DNA of 64,000 nt from Minisyncoccota bacterium (GTDB lineage: Bacteria > Patescibacteriota > Minisyncoccia > Phycocordibacterales > UBA1550): contig JALNYL010000002.1 in the NCBI GenBank assembly GCA_023229865.1, positions 27,577-91,576 of the forward strand, given 5' to 3'. Positions 17,308-27,302 of the stretch are shown piece after piece. Within the stretch, counting starts at the first letter, position 1, and every line of letters starts with the position of its first letter. The notes beneath the pieces were generated by a model that searched no databases, was not told the origin of the DNA, and saw only the letters and a program-made list of their open reading frames with translations. The position numbers and the translations under genes were made by a program.

Positions 17308-18336
17308 GTGAGGGTATACTATACTAATATTATGGAACCATCTCCTCTTTCAAAACTTGAACCTGGCGTCTATCAAGGAATCCCCGACAATCTCAAAGAG
17401 AAAAAGTCGGCGGCCCCACGCATTGTCCGCACTATGAAGAGTGACGTAGCAGAAGCAATCAGAGACCAGGAAGAAACAACGGTCAGTATTGCTGTGGCAG
17501 AACAAAAAAAGCGTGCGCGCCTTCAATCAGAAGCACAGCAGACCCAACAAGCATCTGGCGAACCAGCCCCCGCACCGAAGCGCATTGGCCGTTTTATTGT
17601 AATCATCATTGTTCTTATCCTCCTTGGGCTTCTCGGCGCTGCATACGTATTTGTGTTGCCCAAATTAAGCGCAATCAAACTCCCGAGCGTTTCTCTCCCT
17701 TCCTTCGGTAGTCCCGCGAATACAAATGTCGCAACAACAACAGCGCCGACGACCCCCGCACTCGCAAACTCTCTCATCCCCGCACAGAGCGAGAAGCGTT
17801 TCGACATTACGAAAGAAGCGCGCGGGCAAATTTCTAAAGACATCGCAAGTGAACTCACCACCGGCGACACAGCAGGAAATATTAAAAATCTTTTCTTTAT
17901 CGAAGAAAGCGCGGGGATTTTCAGTGAAATATCTGCAAATCGCCTCATTATGTTCTCAGGAGCAAGTGCGCCAGAGATTTTCACCCGATCTCTTGAAAAG
18001 GGATTCATGGTGGGACTTTTAGTAGAAAACGTTGGCGCTTCAACACCATTTATAGTTCTTAAGGTTTCCGAGCGAGAACTCGGCTTTGCAGGAATGCTCG
18101 AATGGGAAAAATCACTGCCAACATTTTTTGACAATATGTTTGGCACCAACATCGGCACAGGGATTCCCCCAGAAACACGCTTCCGTGATCTCGTTATCTC
18201 AGGGAAAGACGCTCGCATGATTGCCGATGGGATAGGTAGTGGTATCGCATATTCATTTGTAAACAACACAACAATCATAATTGCAGGAAGTCGCACTGCG
18301 CTTGAGACCCTCATCCCGCTTGCCTCTACAAAGTAA
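17308..18336 (+). CDS. Hypothetical membrane-anchored protein
   Basis: 342 aa. Single TM helix FIVIIIVLILLGLLGAAYVFVL after a ~90-aa cytoplasmic N-terminus. The antisense 263-aa ORF was rejected. Confidence 0.5.
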   Translation: MRVYYTNIMEPSPLSKLEPGVYQGIPDNLKEKKSAAPRIVRTMKSDVAEAIRDQEETTVSIAVAEQKKRARLQSEAQQTQQASGEPAPAPKRIGRFIVIIIVLILLGLLGAAYVFVLPKLSAIKLPSVSLPSFGSPANTNVATTTAPTTPALANSLIPAQSEKRFDITKEARGQISKDIASELTTGDTAGNIKNLFFIEESAGIFSEISANRLIMFSGASAPEIFTRSLEKGFMVGLLVENVGASTPFIVLKVSERELGFAGMLEWEKSLPTFFDNMFGTNIGTGIPPETRFRDLVISGKDARMIADGIGSGIAYSFVNNTTIIIAGSRTALETLIPLASTK

Positions 18337-18356
18337 ACAAGATAAACTACTTCTAT

Positions 18357-18719
18357 ATGACAACAAACAATTCTGAATTAAGAGGAATGCTTCTCGAGGA
18401 GAAGGCGCGTATCGAAGGACAGCTCGCAGGGGTAGGACACAAGAATCCCGACATCGCTGGCGACTGGGAGCCATCTGCTCCAGACCTGAACGACATCAAC
18501 GCTGATGTAAATGATGTTGCAACAGAGATTGAGGCCTTCGAAGGAAATGCGGCAATCGAAGTAGAGCTCGAAGCAAGACTCCTTGAAGTTGACGCCGCGC
18601 TCGCACGCATCGAAGTAGGAACCTATGGTATCTGTCGTGTATGTGGAAGCGCCATCGAAGACAATCGTCTTCATGCAAACCCCGCAGCACCAACCTGCAT
18701 CGCACACCGCGAGGGTTAG
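18357..18719 (+). CDS. DksA/TraR-family C4 zinc-finger protein
   Basis: 120 aa. Coiled-coil N-terminus. C-terminal CRVCGSAIEDNRLHANPAAPTCIAH (CxxC-17-C). Terminator at 18728-18768. Confidence 0.65.
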   Translation: MTTNNSELRGMLLEEKARIEGQLAGVGHKNPDIAGDWEPSAPDLNDINADVNDVATEIEAFEGNAAIEVELEARLLEVDAALARIEVGTYGICRVCGSAIEDNRLHANPAAPTCIAHREG

Positions 18720-18778
18720 AAAAAAGTGGAAAGACCAGTCTCATTGAGGGGCTGGTCTTTCTGTTTAAAATAGATCTT

Positions 18779-20317
18779 ATGCAATTTTCAAAATTATTTT
18801 CAGCACAAGTTGTCGGACTCGTCGCACATATTATCGACGTTGAAGTTGATCTTTCAAAAGGACTCAATGCCTTTGCCGTGGTAGGTCTCCCGAGTACCTC
18901 GGTCGACGAATCACGCGACCGCGTCAGTGCTGCAATAAAAAATTCAGGATTTGATTCTCCAAAACAGAAAAATCAAAAAGTGGTGATATCTCTCGCCCCC
19001 GCAGAACTCAAAAAAGAAGGTGCGCACTATGATCTCCCTATTGCTCTCGCATACCTCATCGCAGCAGGCGAAACTCGCTTTGATCCCGCGGGGAAACTTT
19101 TCCTTGGAGAACTCTCTCTTGATGGCGTCCTTCGTCCCGTGCGGGGGACACTCCTTCTTGCGAGCGCTGCGAAAAAGGCTGGCTTCACTGAAATCTTTTT
19201 GCCCATTGAGAATGCCGAGGAGGCTGCGCTTGTCGAAGGCATCATGGTGTACGGAGTGCGCAATCTCCGTGAAGCACTCGATCACCTCGATAAAAATAAT
19301 AAATTTTTGTTGACTCCCTGTCCCCGAGCAGAAGTTTGTGACGTGGGTGCTGTAAGCCGTCAAAACATCGTCGATCTTTCTCATATTAAAGGACAAGAAT
19401 TTGCAAAGCGCGCACTCGAGATCGCCGCAGCAGGGAACCACAACCTCGCAATGTGGGGACCACCAGGCACTGGAAAGACTATGCTCGCACAAGCGTTTCC
19501 ACACCTTCTCCCTGATTTACAAAACGATCACGCACTTGAAGTGACTGGTATTCACTCCGTCGCGGGCACGCTCCGCGAAAACATTATGACGCGACCACCA
19601 CTTCGGGCACCACACCACACTGCTTCATATCCAGCAGTGATCGGCGGAGGCTCCACACCAAAACCCGGCGAGATCACACTCGCACATCGTGGTGTACTTT
19701 TCTTAGATGAATTTCCTGAGTTTGATCGTCGCGTGATTGAGTCATTGCGCGAGCCACTCGAAGAAGGACACATCCGCATCACACGATCAAAAGGTCATGA
19801 CACTTTTCCCGCGCGATTCATCTTGCTCGCTGCGATGAATCCTTGCCCTTGTGGAAAGTACGGGAGCGAGGAGCGTTGTACTTGCATGCCAGGCACTCTC
19901 GCGTCATACACGCGCAAGCTCTCGGGTCCCATCGTTGATCGCATCGAACTCTGGGTAAAAGTTTCTCACATGAGTCACGACAAGCTCGCAGAAAAAAGTG
20001 TGAGTGAATCAACAGAAGAAGTTCGTAGCCGTATCGCAAACGCGCGCGCCATCCAACAAGCACGCTTCGCAAACCACGCACGCAAGATTACTACCAACAG
20101 CGAAATGCGCGCAGATGACATCGAAGCATTTATCGAGCTCACGCCGAAACTCCGCACGCTTTTCAATGCGGCAGCGGAACGTCTCAAGCTTTCTCCACGC
20201 GCGCATCACAAGACGATCAAGGTCGCTCGCACGATTGCCGACCTCGACGCATCAGACGAAATTGAGGAGAAACATTTACTCGAGGCACTCGCATATCGAC
20301 CGACGGAACTTAAGTAG
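18779..20317 (+). CDS. comM: YifB/ComM-family Mg-chelatase-like AAA+ ATPase
   Basis: The N-terminal Lon-like domain starts MQFSKLFSAQVVGLVAHIIDVEVDL. Walker A GPPGTGKT. Cys cluster CPCGKYGSEERCTC. The start is trimmed to the ATG at 18779, just after the preceding terminator. Confidence 0.85.
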   Translation: MQFSKLFSAQVVGLVAHIIDVEVDLSKGLNAFAVVGLPSTSVDESRDRVSAAIKNSGFDSPKQKNQKVVISLAPAELKKEGAHYDLPIALAYLIAAGETRFDPAGKLFLGELSLDGVLRPVRGTLLLASAAKKAGFTEIFLPIENAEEAALVEGIMVYGVRNLREALDHLDKNNKFLLTPCPRAEVCDVGAVSRQNIVDLSHIKGQEFAKRALEIAAAGNHNLAMWGPPGTGKTMLAQAFPHLLPDLQNDHALEVTGIHSVAGTLRENIMTRPPLRAPHHTASYPAVIGGGSTPKPGEITLAHRGVLFLDEFPEFDRRVIESLREPLEEGHIRITRSKGHDTFPARFILLAAMNPCPCGKYGSEERCTCMPGTLASYTRKLSGPIVDRIELWVKVSHMSHDKLAEKSVSESTEEVRSRIANARAIQQARFANHARKITTNSEMRADDIEAFIELTPKLRTLFNAAAERLKLSPRAHHKTIKVARTIADLDASDEIEEKHLLEALAYRPTELK

Positions 20318-20346
20318 TAAGTAGCCACTAGTTGTTAGCCAATAGA

Positions 20347-20383
20347 AATACAGAACGCGAGCCTACGGCTCGCGTTCTGTATT
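20347..20383. terminator. Bidirectional palindromic terminator between convergent comM and the M23 peptidase gene
   Basis: Perfect 18-bp-stem palindrome aaatacagaacgcgagcc-tac-ggctcgcgttctgtattt, flanked by further tagccactag/ctagtggcta repeats. Confidence 0.6.
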
Positions 20384-20419
20384 TACTAGACCCTAGTGGC
20401 TATTGGCTAATTACTGCCC

Positions 20420-21442
20420 CTAGAACGGATTCTTTGCTCCACGAACTTCGAAGTGAAGGTGTGGCCCTGTTGACTTACCAGTGTTACCAACTTCACCAAT
20501 CATCTGACCCTTATCAACACGCGCGCCCACAGGAGTAAACACTGAACTCAAGTGACCATATAATGTCTTTGTGCCGTTAGGGTGTTCGATAATGATGTAG
20601 TTACCATAACCACTAAACCATGGGTTCGACAATGTTCTGAAGTTACTTACGATCACAACACCAGAAGCTGCTGCATACACAGGAGTCCCGATTGGGGCAC
20701 CGTAGTCAACACCATTGTTTCCATGAACTCCTTGAGTTTTGTGCCCAGCAGGGACAGGGTGTGTATAGTAGCCTGAATAGACAGGGAGCTTTGAAGAAGA
20801 ACGAACGGGGCTCGTCAAAACAGGGGCTGAAGACGAAGATTCACGTGCGCCAGGAAGAATGAGGACATCCCCTACAGCAAGCTTCGCACCACTTGTAAGG
20901 TCGTTAATTTCGAGAATATCATCGAGCGCACCACCATGTCTCTTAATAATGCTCTGAATAGTGTCGCCCTTTTTCACAGTGTACTGGATACCGTCGACAG
21001 GGAGAATAATGAGCGTTTGGCCCTCACGCAAAGCCGCCTTTGGGGCGAGATCGTTTGCCCAAAGAATCGTGTTTACAGAAAGGTCAAACATTTTAGCCAC
21101 CTGAGCAATGGTGTCCCCCGCGCGAACTACGTAGAGACTTACGTTTGCCTGGCGGTTATTTGATTCAATGTCTACCATGGTTCCCGACGGACCAACCTCG
21201 GCAATAAGAGCCTTGTCGTCTACAACAGTGATGTCGCCACCACCCATCGCCTTCTTTGAGTCAAAATTGTTGGCTCCCTCCAAAAAAGAAATCGTCTGAG
21301 AATTTTGGGCCTCAGAACGAAAAGCAGTCTCTGTAGACTTGTCAGACTTGCCCCAGAAATAAGAAAAAACGCTCGCTTGTGCTGTGGCAAGAGGAGCGCC
21401 GACCCCAGAAGTAACAACAGCCAAAAGAAGCCCGTTGCTCAT
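20420..21442 (-). CDS. LysM-domain M23 family peptidoglycan metalloendopeptidase
   Basis: Signal/TM N-terminus. Two LysM-like segments (YTVKKGDTIQSI.., YVVRAGDTIAQVA..). C-terminal M23 motifs HNGVDYGAPIGTPVYAAASGVV and GPHLHFEV. The start is taken at the MSNGLLL Met. Confidence 0.8.
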   Translation of the reverse strand: MSNGLLLAVVTSGVGAPLATAQASVFSYFWGKSDKSTETAFRSEAQNSQTISFLEGANNFDSKKAMGGGDITVVDDKALIAEVGPSGTMVDIESNNRQANVSLYVVRAGDTIAQVAKMFDLSVNTILWANDLAPKAALREGQTLIILPVDGIQYTVKKGDTIQSIIKRHGGALDDILEINDLTSGAKLAVGDVLILPGARESSSSAPVLTSPVRSSSKLPVYSGYYTHPVPAGHKTQGVHGNNGVDYGAPIGTPVYAAASGVVIVSNFRTLSNPWFSGYGNYIIIEHPNGTKTLYGHLSSVFTPVGARVDKGQMIGEVGNTGKSTGPHLHFEVRGAKNPF

Positions 21443-21771
21443 GAGCTTTGTAAAATATGGGTATTTCGCCCAGCCTGTCTTCTCCCCGCGGCTGAGGTCC
21501 TGTAGTTTTGTAGAAATGTTTCTATGAGATAGGTATCGTGCTGGTCGTGCGGTCGTGACGGGAAAATATCTTCTGTTCGGCAAACCTGGGGCCAATCCCC
21601 GTGGTTATCTAAATGGTAGCACAAAGAGGTCCTTTCGGGTAGGGGGATGGGGAAATGCTGTGGATAACTCAAAACTGTTGACTTTTCGGTATAATTTTGG
21701 TGTAATATTTGTATCGAAGGAACTAATTCATTTGTGCGTAGACACAAAAGTGTGCGATAATTCAAAAAACA

Positions 21772-24700
21772 ATGGAACGTCCAGGAAATCCAAATTCTCA
21801 TCACGAAAACAGGGGTAACGTAGACTCCTCTCTTGGGGCACAACTCAAGGCAAAAGGCTATGTTATTGAAACCACCAAAATAGATCAAGACGAAAACCAG
21901 AAAGAAGAGCTAAAAAAGCTCCTTGAGGCAAAACTACGAGAAAAAACAAAGGGCGAGGATAGAAATCATGAAGGAAATGGCCGTCAGGCAGGACCTGAGC
22001 TTACCGCCGCCCTCAAAGAAGCGGGGGTTATTACCGCTGCGGAGCGCGCAAGCACTGTTGCTCAGTTCAATAAAGAAAGAAGTGTTCTTATTAACGAAAT
22101 CGCTGAGGCAAAAAACAACATAGTAGAAGCCTTAACAAAAAAGGAGGGGAGATTGGCCCACAACTGGGATATTCGCCTTAAAAAATCAAAGGATATTTTA
22201 CGTATTTACGAAGAAGCAGCTTCGCTTATTGACTCTGATGTGGGGAAACACGCCCTCGAAAGCGTGCGCGGATACGCAAAACTTCGATACAATCAAGCAG
22301 CAAAAGAGCTTGTGGCTGATAGTTTCGTGGAAACAGGGAAGTTTGTTGCGCAAAATCCTGCTTGGGTTCCAGCGGAAAAAATAAAGAAGGTTGAGAAGGA
22401 GCCCTCTTTTAAGGATGGCGTCCCTGTGCTCACAGGGTTTATTGATCCAAAAGAAATACGAACAGTCACAAAAGAACGAGGGGGTCGCGTTGAAACAAAA
22501 TACAAAGGCGACAATGAAATAACCCCGCCTGTTTTTGAAGAGGAAAAACTCACACCAAGTGAGCGTGTTTCACACCCTCAGGCTATCCCAACGGAAAGAG
22601 TTTCATACCCACGAGTCACACCAACAGAGAGGATTTCACACCCAGAAGAAACCCCATCAAAACTCACGCCGAGCGAAACAATTTCATCCCCAGAGAAAAA
22701 ACCAAGAGAAATTTCAAGAGTTGCTCCTGGTATCTATGACCTTGCCAAGAAAAACAAAGAGGAGGGCCAACGCGACATGGATGGGCTTTTCAAACTCACC
22801 CCAAGTGAAACCATCTCTTACCCAACAGAGGAAAAGCTGGCACCGAGCGAGAGTGTTTCATATCCACAAGAAGAATCTGTGGTAACATTAGTAGATAATC
22901 CTAGCGAAGAAACATCTATGAAAGAGAATTTTGAAGCACCAACAGGAGCAACTGCGGACAATTGGCAAGAGAGAGCTCTTGAGGCTTTTGAAAATGAGGG
23001 GGGTAAAATTGCTCACGAGAATATTCCTTCCGAGGAATCACCTATTATTAGTGCCTCAAACGAAGCCATCCTTAAGGAGGTTGAGGTTATTGCAAAAAGC
23101 GAGGCGGCGCCAGAGCTTAACATTCTTGAAGTTCCATTGTCTCCAGAGCAAGCAACTCTTCGTGAAAAACTTTTGAATAAAATTGGGGCAGCAAACGAAG
23201 CTGTAGACAAACGTGCAGAGAAACTCCCTTCATGGGCACTCGAAAAAGTTCGTTCACTTGGCGAAACCTGGAACAAAGTTCCTCTCCGTGAAAAACTTTT
23301 GATCTCTACGGGGATGATTATTTCGGGTTCAACGCTTGGACTCGGCGCCGCAGCAACTCCTGCGTTTATCGCCGCAAGCATCGCTCTTCGTAGCCTCGGC
23401 GGAGTGGGTATGTTTACAGCAATTGATCAGAAACTCAAAGAGCGATTTGAAACAAAGAACGGCACCGCGCGCTCACAAAAAGAGGAAGCAACTCATCTCG
23501 CCATTGCGGGAGGAATCGCAATTATTGTAGCAGGCGTTCTCCCTTCTATTGCGCGTGACTACGCACTCAATCATTGGTTCTCACCAGAGACTCCTGGGGC
23601 AGGGGCCACAACAACACCAGAAGGTGGCGCATCTGCTCCCACAAATCATATCGAGATTGCACAACCAGGCGACTCAGTATGGAAGATGGCAGAGCGCGGA
23701 CTCGCAGCAAGTCTTGGAGAAAAATTCACTGCGCTTTCAGCAGAACAGCAAACATATCTTATCGACGCGGTAAAAGATCAAGTAGTTGGGCACCCTGATC
23801 AGTTTGGACTCACTGATGCTAGTGCGCTTCAGGTTGGACAAGGTATCGACTTCGGAATTGTTTTAAACAATGGTGATTTCATAGAGGGAGCGCTCGCGGA
23901 AGCAAAAGGACTGAGCGCGGAAGATGTTGCAAACATCAAAGGGGGCGCAGCGGGAGCAGCTGAGACTGTCCCACAAGGAGCACACGCAGGAACACCTGAA
24001 GCGATTATTTCACCATCACACCCAACAGCAGAAGCTGCGGGACTCAAAGTAACATTCTCATACAACCCAGATGGAAGCATCAAGGGGTACTCAGCGAGCG
24101 AGGTTTCAAACTTTGTACAACACGCAGAAGCGGAGAAGCTTCTCAACGACAACTGGCGTGAGGTTGTACGCAATCACTCGCAAGCAGGGATGATGGGGCT
24201 TGATATTAGTTCCGTAAACACAACCGCAAATACTTTGTTCCAATATGATCAAGTATTGAATGCGCTCGAGCAAAAGGGTGCGGGCAATAGTCCTGAAGCA
24301 AACTTCCTCCGTGAACAACTTGAGAGACTCGTAGTTGATACAGAAAAAGAATATGGTGATGTGTTTAAGGACACCACAGAACTTTTCAAACCAGAGGCAG
24401 TATCTCCCACACTAGAGACACCACCCGTCGCAGCAGCGACCCCAGTACAAGAAGTTCTCTCTACTGATCCTAAAGTTCTCGAAGTTGCGGATAAGCAATT
24501 CCATAATCATGTCGACAATGTATTCGGCTCAAAAGGTTTCTTCGGGTTCGGCGCAGTAGACGGCACGACAACTCCAAACTGGAAAGACCCTGAAGTTGGT
24601 TTTGCAAACAAGACGATTGAAGAAATAATGGGGGCAAAACCAATCGTTCTCCCCGGAGAGGAGGTAGAGCATTTCGGCATCGAAGACCGCGCGGCGACAG

Positions 24701-24822
24701 AGAAAATGCAAGACTACCTTATGCGCACGTTCAATGAGACGGGGATCAAGGTGGAAAATGGAGAGACAGCAGAAAAGTATCTCAAGCGTGTATCAATGTT
24801 AAGTGTTATGCATAAAGGATAA
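21772..24822 (+). CDS. Large hypothetical repeat-containing membrane protein (1016 aa)
   Basis: Tandem degenerate ~13-aa repeats (TPSERVSHPQAIP / TERVSYPRVTP / TERISHPEETP / LTPSETISSPEKKP / LTPSETISYPTEEK / LAPSESVSYPQEE). Two central hydrophobic helices. Long C-terminal globular region. Confidence 0.6.
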   Translation: MERPGNPNSHHENRGNVDSSLGAQLKAKGYVIETTKIDQDENQKEELKKLLEAKLREKTKGEDRNHEGNGRQAGPELTAALKEAGVITAAERASTVAQFNKERSVLINEIAEAKNNIVEALTKKEGRLAHNWDIRLKKSKDILRIYEEAASLIDSDVGKHALESVRGYAKLRYNQAAKELVADSFVETGKFVAQNPAWVPAEKIKKVEKEPSFKDGVPVLTGFIDPKEIRTVTKERGGRVETKYKGDNEITPPVFEEEKLTPSERVSHPQAIPTERVSYPRVTPTERISHPEETPSKLTPSETISSPEKKPREISRVAPGIYDLAKKNKEEGQRDMDGLFKLTPSETISYPTEEKLAPSESVSYPQEESVVTLVDNPSEETSMKENFEAPTGATADNWQERALEAFENEGGKIAHENIPSEESPIISASNEAILKEVEVIAKSEAAPELNILEVPLSPEQATLREKLLNKIGAANEAVDKRAEKLPSWALEKVRSLGETWNKVPLREKLLISTGMIISGSTLGLGAAATPAFIAASIALRSLGGVGMFTAIDQKLKERFETKNGTARSQKEEATHLAIAGGIAIIVAGVLPSIARDYALNHWFSPETPGAGATTTPEGGASAPTNHIEIAQPGDSVWKMAERGLAASLGEKFTALSAEQQTYLIDAVKDQVVGHPDQFGLTDASALQVGQGIDFGIVLNNGDFIEGALAEAKGLSAEDVANIKGGAAGAAETVPQGAHAGTPEAIISPSHPTAEAAGLKVTFSYNPDGSIKGYSASEVSNFVQHAEAEKLLNDNWREVVRNHSQAGMMGLDISSVNTTANTLFQYDQVLNALEQKGAGNSPEANFLREQLERLVVDTEKEYGDVFKDTTELFKPEAVSPTLETPPVAAATPVQEVLSTDPKVLEVADKQFHNHVDNVFGSKGFFGFGAVDGTTTPNWKDPEVGFANKTIEEIMGAKPIVLPGEEVEHFGIEDRAATEKMQDYLMRTFNETGIKVENGETAEKYLKRVSMLSVMHKG

Positions 24823-24834
24823 ATTAAAATAATT

Positions 24835-25128
24835 ATGGAAAATCAAGAACTTCGCGAAATAATAATAAAAGAACTTGGCATTGAAATTTTGCCCGAGGCT
24901 GCACAAAATGAAATCATCGGGAAACTCGGGGAGGTCATTTTGAAATCTGTCACCATTGCCATCTTTGAAAAACTTTCAGAGGAAGGGCGCGCGGAGTTTG
25001 AGCGCATAAGCAAAGAGGACGAACCAGAACTCATTCAGCGCTTCCTTGAAGAGCAGGTCCCTGACATGCAGACACTCATGGAGGAAGAGGTAAAGAGAAC
25101 ACTCAAGAGTCTTGCGGAAAAGGAGTAG
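24835..25128 (+). CDS. Hypothetical small acidic helical protein
   Basis: 97 aa. Tightly coupled 12 nt after the giant ORF. Followed by a 28-bp-stem palindromic terminator at 25138-25198. Confidence 0.45.
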   Translation: MENQELREIIIKELGIEILPEAAQNEIIGKLGEVILKSVTIAIFEKLSEEGRAEFERISKEDEPELIQRFLEEQVPDMQTLMEEEVKRTLKSLAEKE

Positions 25129-25321
25129 GGGGTAGTCAAAAAATCACGGAAAAATGCGCGCGGGCACTAGTGCCCGCGCGCATTTTTCCGTGATTTTTTA
25201 ATCTATGGTAAAGTACAAACATAAATGATTAAATTCTCCTTACTCGTCATTGCGAGCGAAGCGAAGCAATCCTGGGCCCTGACTTTACAAACTTTCAACT
25301 TTTAAGCTTTACAAACTCATT

Positions 25322-27265
25322 ATGACCCACCTCGACCATCTGAACGACAAGCAAAAAGAAGCAGCCACTCACAAGGACGGTCCTATCCTCATCATCGCCG
25401 GCGCAGGTACGGGCAAGACCAGCACGCTCACGCATCGCATTCTCAACCTCGTAAAAGAAGGTGTGTCCCCGAGTGAAATCCTTGCGATCACCTTTACCAA
25501 CAAAGCAGCAAAAGAAATGCAGGAACGCGTGAATCATCTCCTTGAGAAGCATGGGTTTGACGCAGGAATGCGTTACGGCGATGCGCGACCATTCGTCGGG
25601 ACGTTTCACTCACTCGGTGTGTATATTCTCCGTGCACACGCGCAGGCTTTTGGTCTAAATAAACATTTCACGATTGTTGATAAAAATAGCGCGAGCTCTC
25701 TCATTAAAGAAGCAGTGAAGGAACAAGGGATTGATTCAAAACAATTTTCTCCTGACCGTATCGCCGGGGTCATCTCTCGTCAGAAAGGCGCGCTTGTCAC
25801 ACTCGCACAATACAAAGCAGACGTGGGCAACGCATACTTCCCGATGATTGTCGCCGCTGTGTGGGAACGCTACGAACGTTTACTCGCACGCGAAAGTGCG
25901 CTCGATTTCGACGACCTCATTTTGAAAACAGTACTCCTTCTTCGTGACCACCCAGAGATTCGACGCGAGTATCAAAATCGTTGGAAGTATATTCACATCG
26001 ACGAATACCAGGATACCAACGGCGTACAGTACGAAATGGCGCGCTTGCTTGCAGGCGAGACAATGAACATCTGTGCGGTGGGCGATGGTGATCAAAACAT
26101 TTACAGCTGGCGCGGCGCAAACCTCCAAAACATTTTAAATTTTGAAAAGGACTACAAGGGCGCACAAACGATTCTCCTCGAAGAAAACTATCGCTCAACG
26201 CAAACGATTCTCGCCGCAGCAAACGACGTCATAAAAAAGAACACCGTCCGCAAAGAGAAAAATCTTTTTACGCGTAATGGGGAAGGCGATAAAATATCTC
26301 TTATCGAAAGTTACGACGAGGGTGGGGAAGCACGCGCTATTGGAGAAAAAATAAAATCACTCATCGACAGTGGCACTGACCCCGAAGACATCGCGGTACT
26401 TTATCGTGCCAACTTCCAATCGCGCGCACTCGAAGAGGCATTTCTCATTATGGAGATTCCCTATCAGGTCCTCGGTGTACGATTCTTCGAGCGCAAAGAA
26501 GTGAAAGATATTCTTTCTTTTATACGTGCTGGGCTCAACCCCGAGAGTCTCTCTGATATCAAGCGCATCATCGACTCTCCTCCACGCGGCATCGGCAAGG
26601 CGACTCTCATGAAGATGTTTGCAAAAGAAGAAGACAGCCTAGCCCCAGCAGCACGAAAACGTGTTGCTGACTTCTGGGCACTCCTCGCATCAATCAAAGA
26701 GTATGCCCTCACGGAGAAAACTTCAAAGCTCATCCAGTTTGTTTCTGAAAAATCTGGCATTGAAAACTCGCTCAAGACAGGCAATGACGACGACAGCGAA
26801 CGCCTCGAAAACATTCACGAGCTCGTAACCCTCGCAACCAAGTACGATTTCCTTCCACCCGAAGAAGCGGTGGAGAAGCTCCTCGGTGACGCAGCGCTCG
26901 CAAGCGATCAAGACTCAATGATGAAGAGCGCGAGCGCAGTAAAGATGATGACCGTGCACGCAGCAAAAGGACTCGAGTTCCCCTATGTTTTTGTTACCGG
27001 TCTCGAGCAAGATCTTTTCCCTCACAAGAGAATGGGAGCAGGTCCTCAATCAAAAGAGGATAGTGAGGAAGAACGTCGTCTTTTCTACGTGGCTATCACG
27101 CGTGCAAAGAAGAAGCTTTTTCTTTCCTACGCATCTGTACGCACCATCTTTGGTCAGCGCCAAGTCAACCTGCCATCAGAATTCCTAAATGACATCGACG
27201 ATTCACTCACGGAGCACGAGACCGGAGACACCTCAAGCGAGCCTATCATCCGCCTCGACTGGTAA
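25322..27265 (+). CDS. pcrA: ATP-dependent DNA helicase, UvrD/PcrA/Rep family (SF1)
   Basis: Walker A AGAGTGKTSTLTHR. Motifs II HIDEYQDTN, VGDGDQNIYSWRGA, and a C-terminal YVAITRAKKKLFLSY. Confidence 0.9.
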   Translation: MTHLDHLNDKQKEAATHKDGPILIIAGAGTGKTSTLTHRILNLVKEGVSPSEILAITFTNKAAKEMQERVNHLLEKHGFDAGMRYGDARPFVGTFHSLGVYILRAHAQAFGLNKHFTIVDKNSASSLIKEAVKEQGIDSKQFSPDRIAGVISRQKGALVTLAQYKADVGNAYFPMIVAAVWERYERLLARESALDFDDLILKTVLLLRDHPEIRREYQNRWKYIHIDEYQDTNGVQYEMARLLAGETMNICAVGDGDQNIYSWRGANLQNILNFEKDYKGAQTILLEENYRSTQTILAAANDVIKKNTVRKEKNLFTRNGEGDKISLIESYDEGGEARAIGEKIKSLIDSGTDPEDIAVLYRANFQSRALEEAFLIMEIPYQVLGVRFFERKEVKDILSFIRAGLNPESLSDIKRIIDSPPRGIGKATLMKMFAKEEDSLAPAARKRVADFWALLASIKEYALTEKTSKLIQFVSEKSGIENSLKTGNDDDSERLENIHELVTLATKYDFLPPEEAVEKLLGDAALASDQDSMMKSASAVKMMTVHAAKGLEFPYVFVTGLEQDLFPHKRMGAGPQSKEDSEEERRLFYVAITRAKKKLFLSYASVRTIFGQRQVNLPSEFLNDIDDSLTEHETGDTSSEPIIRLDW

Positions 27266-27302
27266 ATTATTGTCCGGCAGTTCTATTTGCTATACTGTCA
27301 CT

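Noticed and set aside
17523-18314. 263-aa minus-strand ORF
   Set aside because: Fully antisense to the 342-aa membrane-protein ORF. R/S/P-rich low-complexity translation with no start context.
18641-18778. N-terminal 46-codon extension of comM in the ORF track
   Set aside because: It overlaps the terminator of the upstream gene. The conserved YifB N-terminus begins at the internal Met at 18779.
25230-25290. Hairpin tcattgcgagcgaagcgaagcaatcc upstream of uvrD, considered as a riboswitch/ncRNA
   Set aside because: Too short and simple. No recognisable riboswitch consensus. Probably promoter-proximal structure only.
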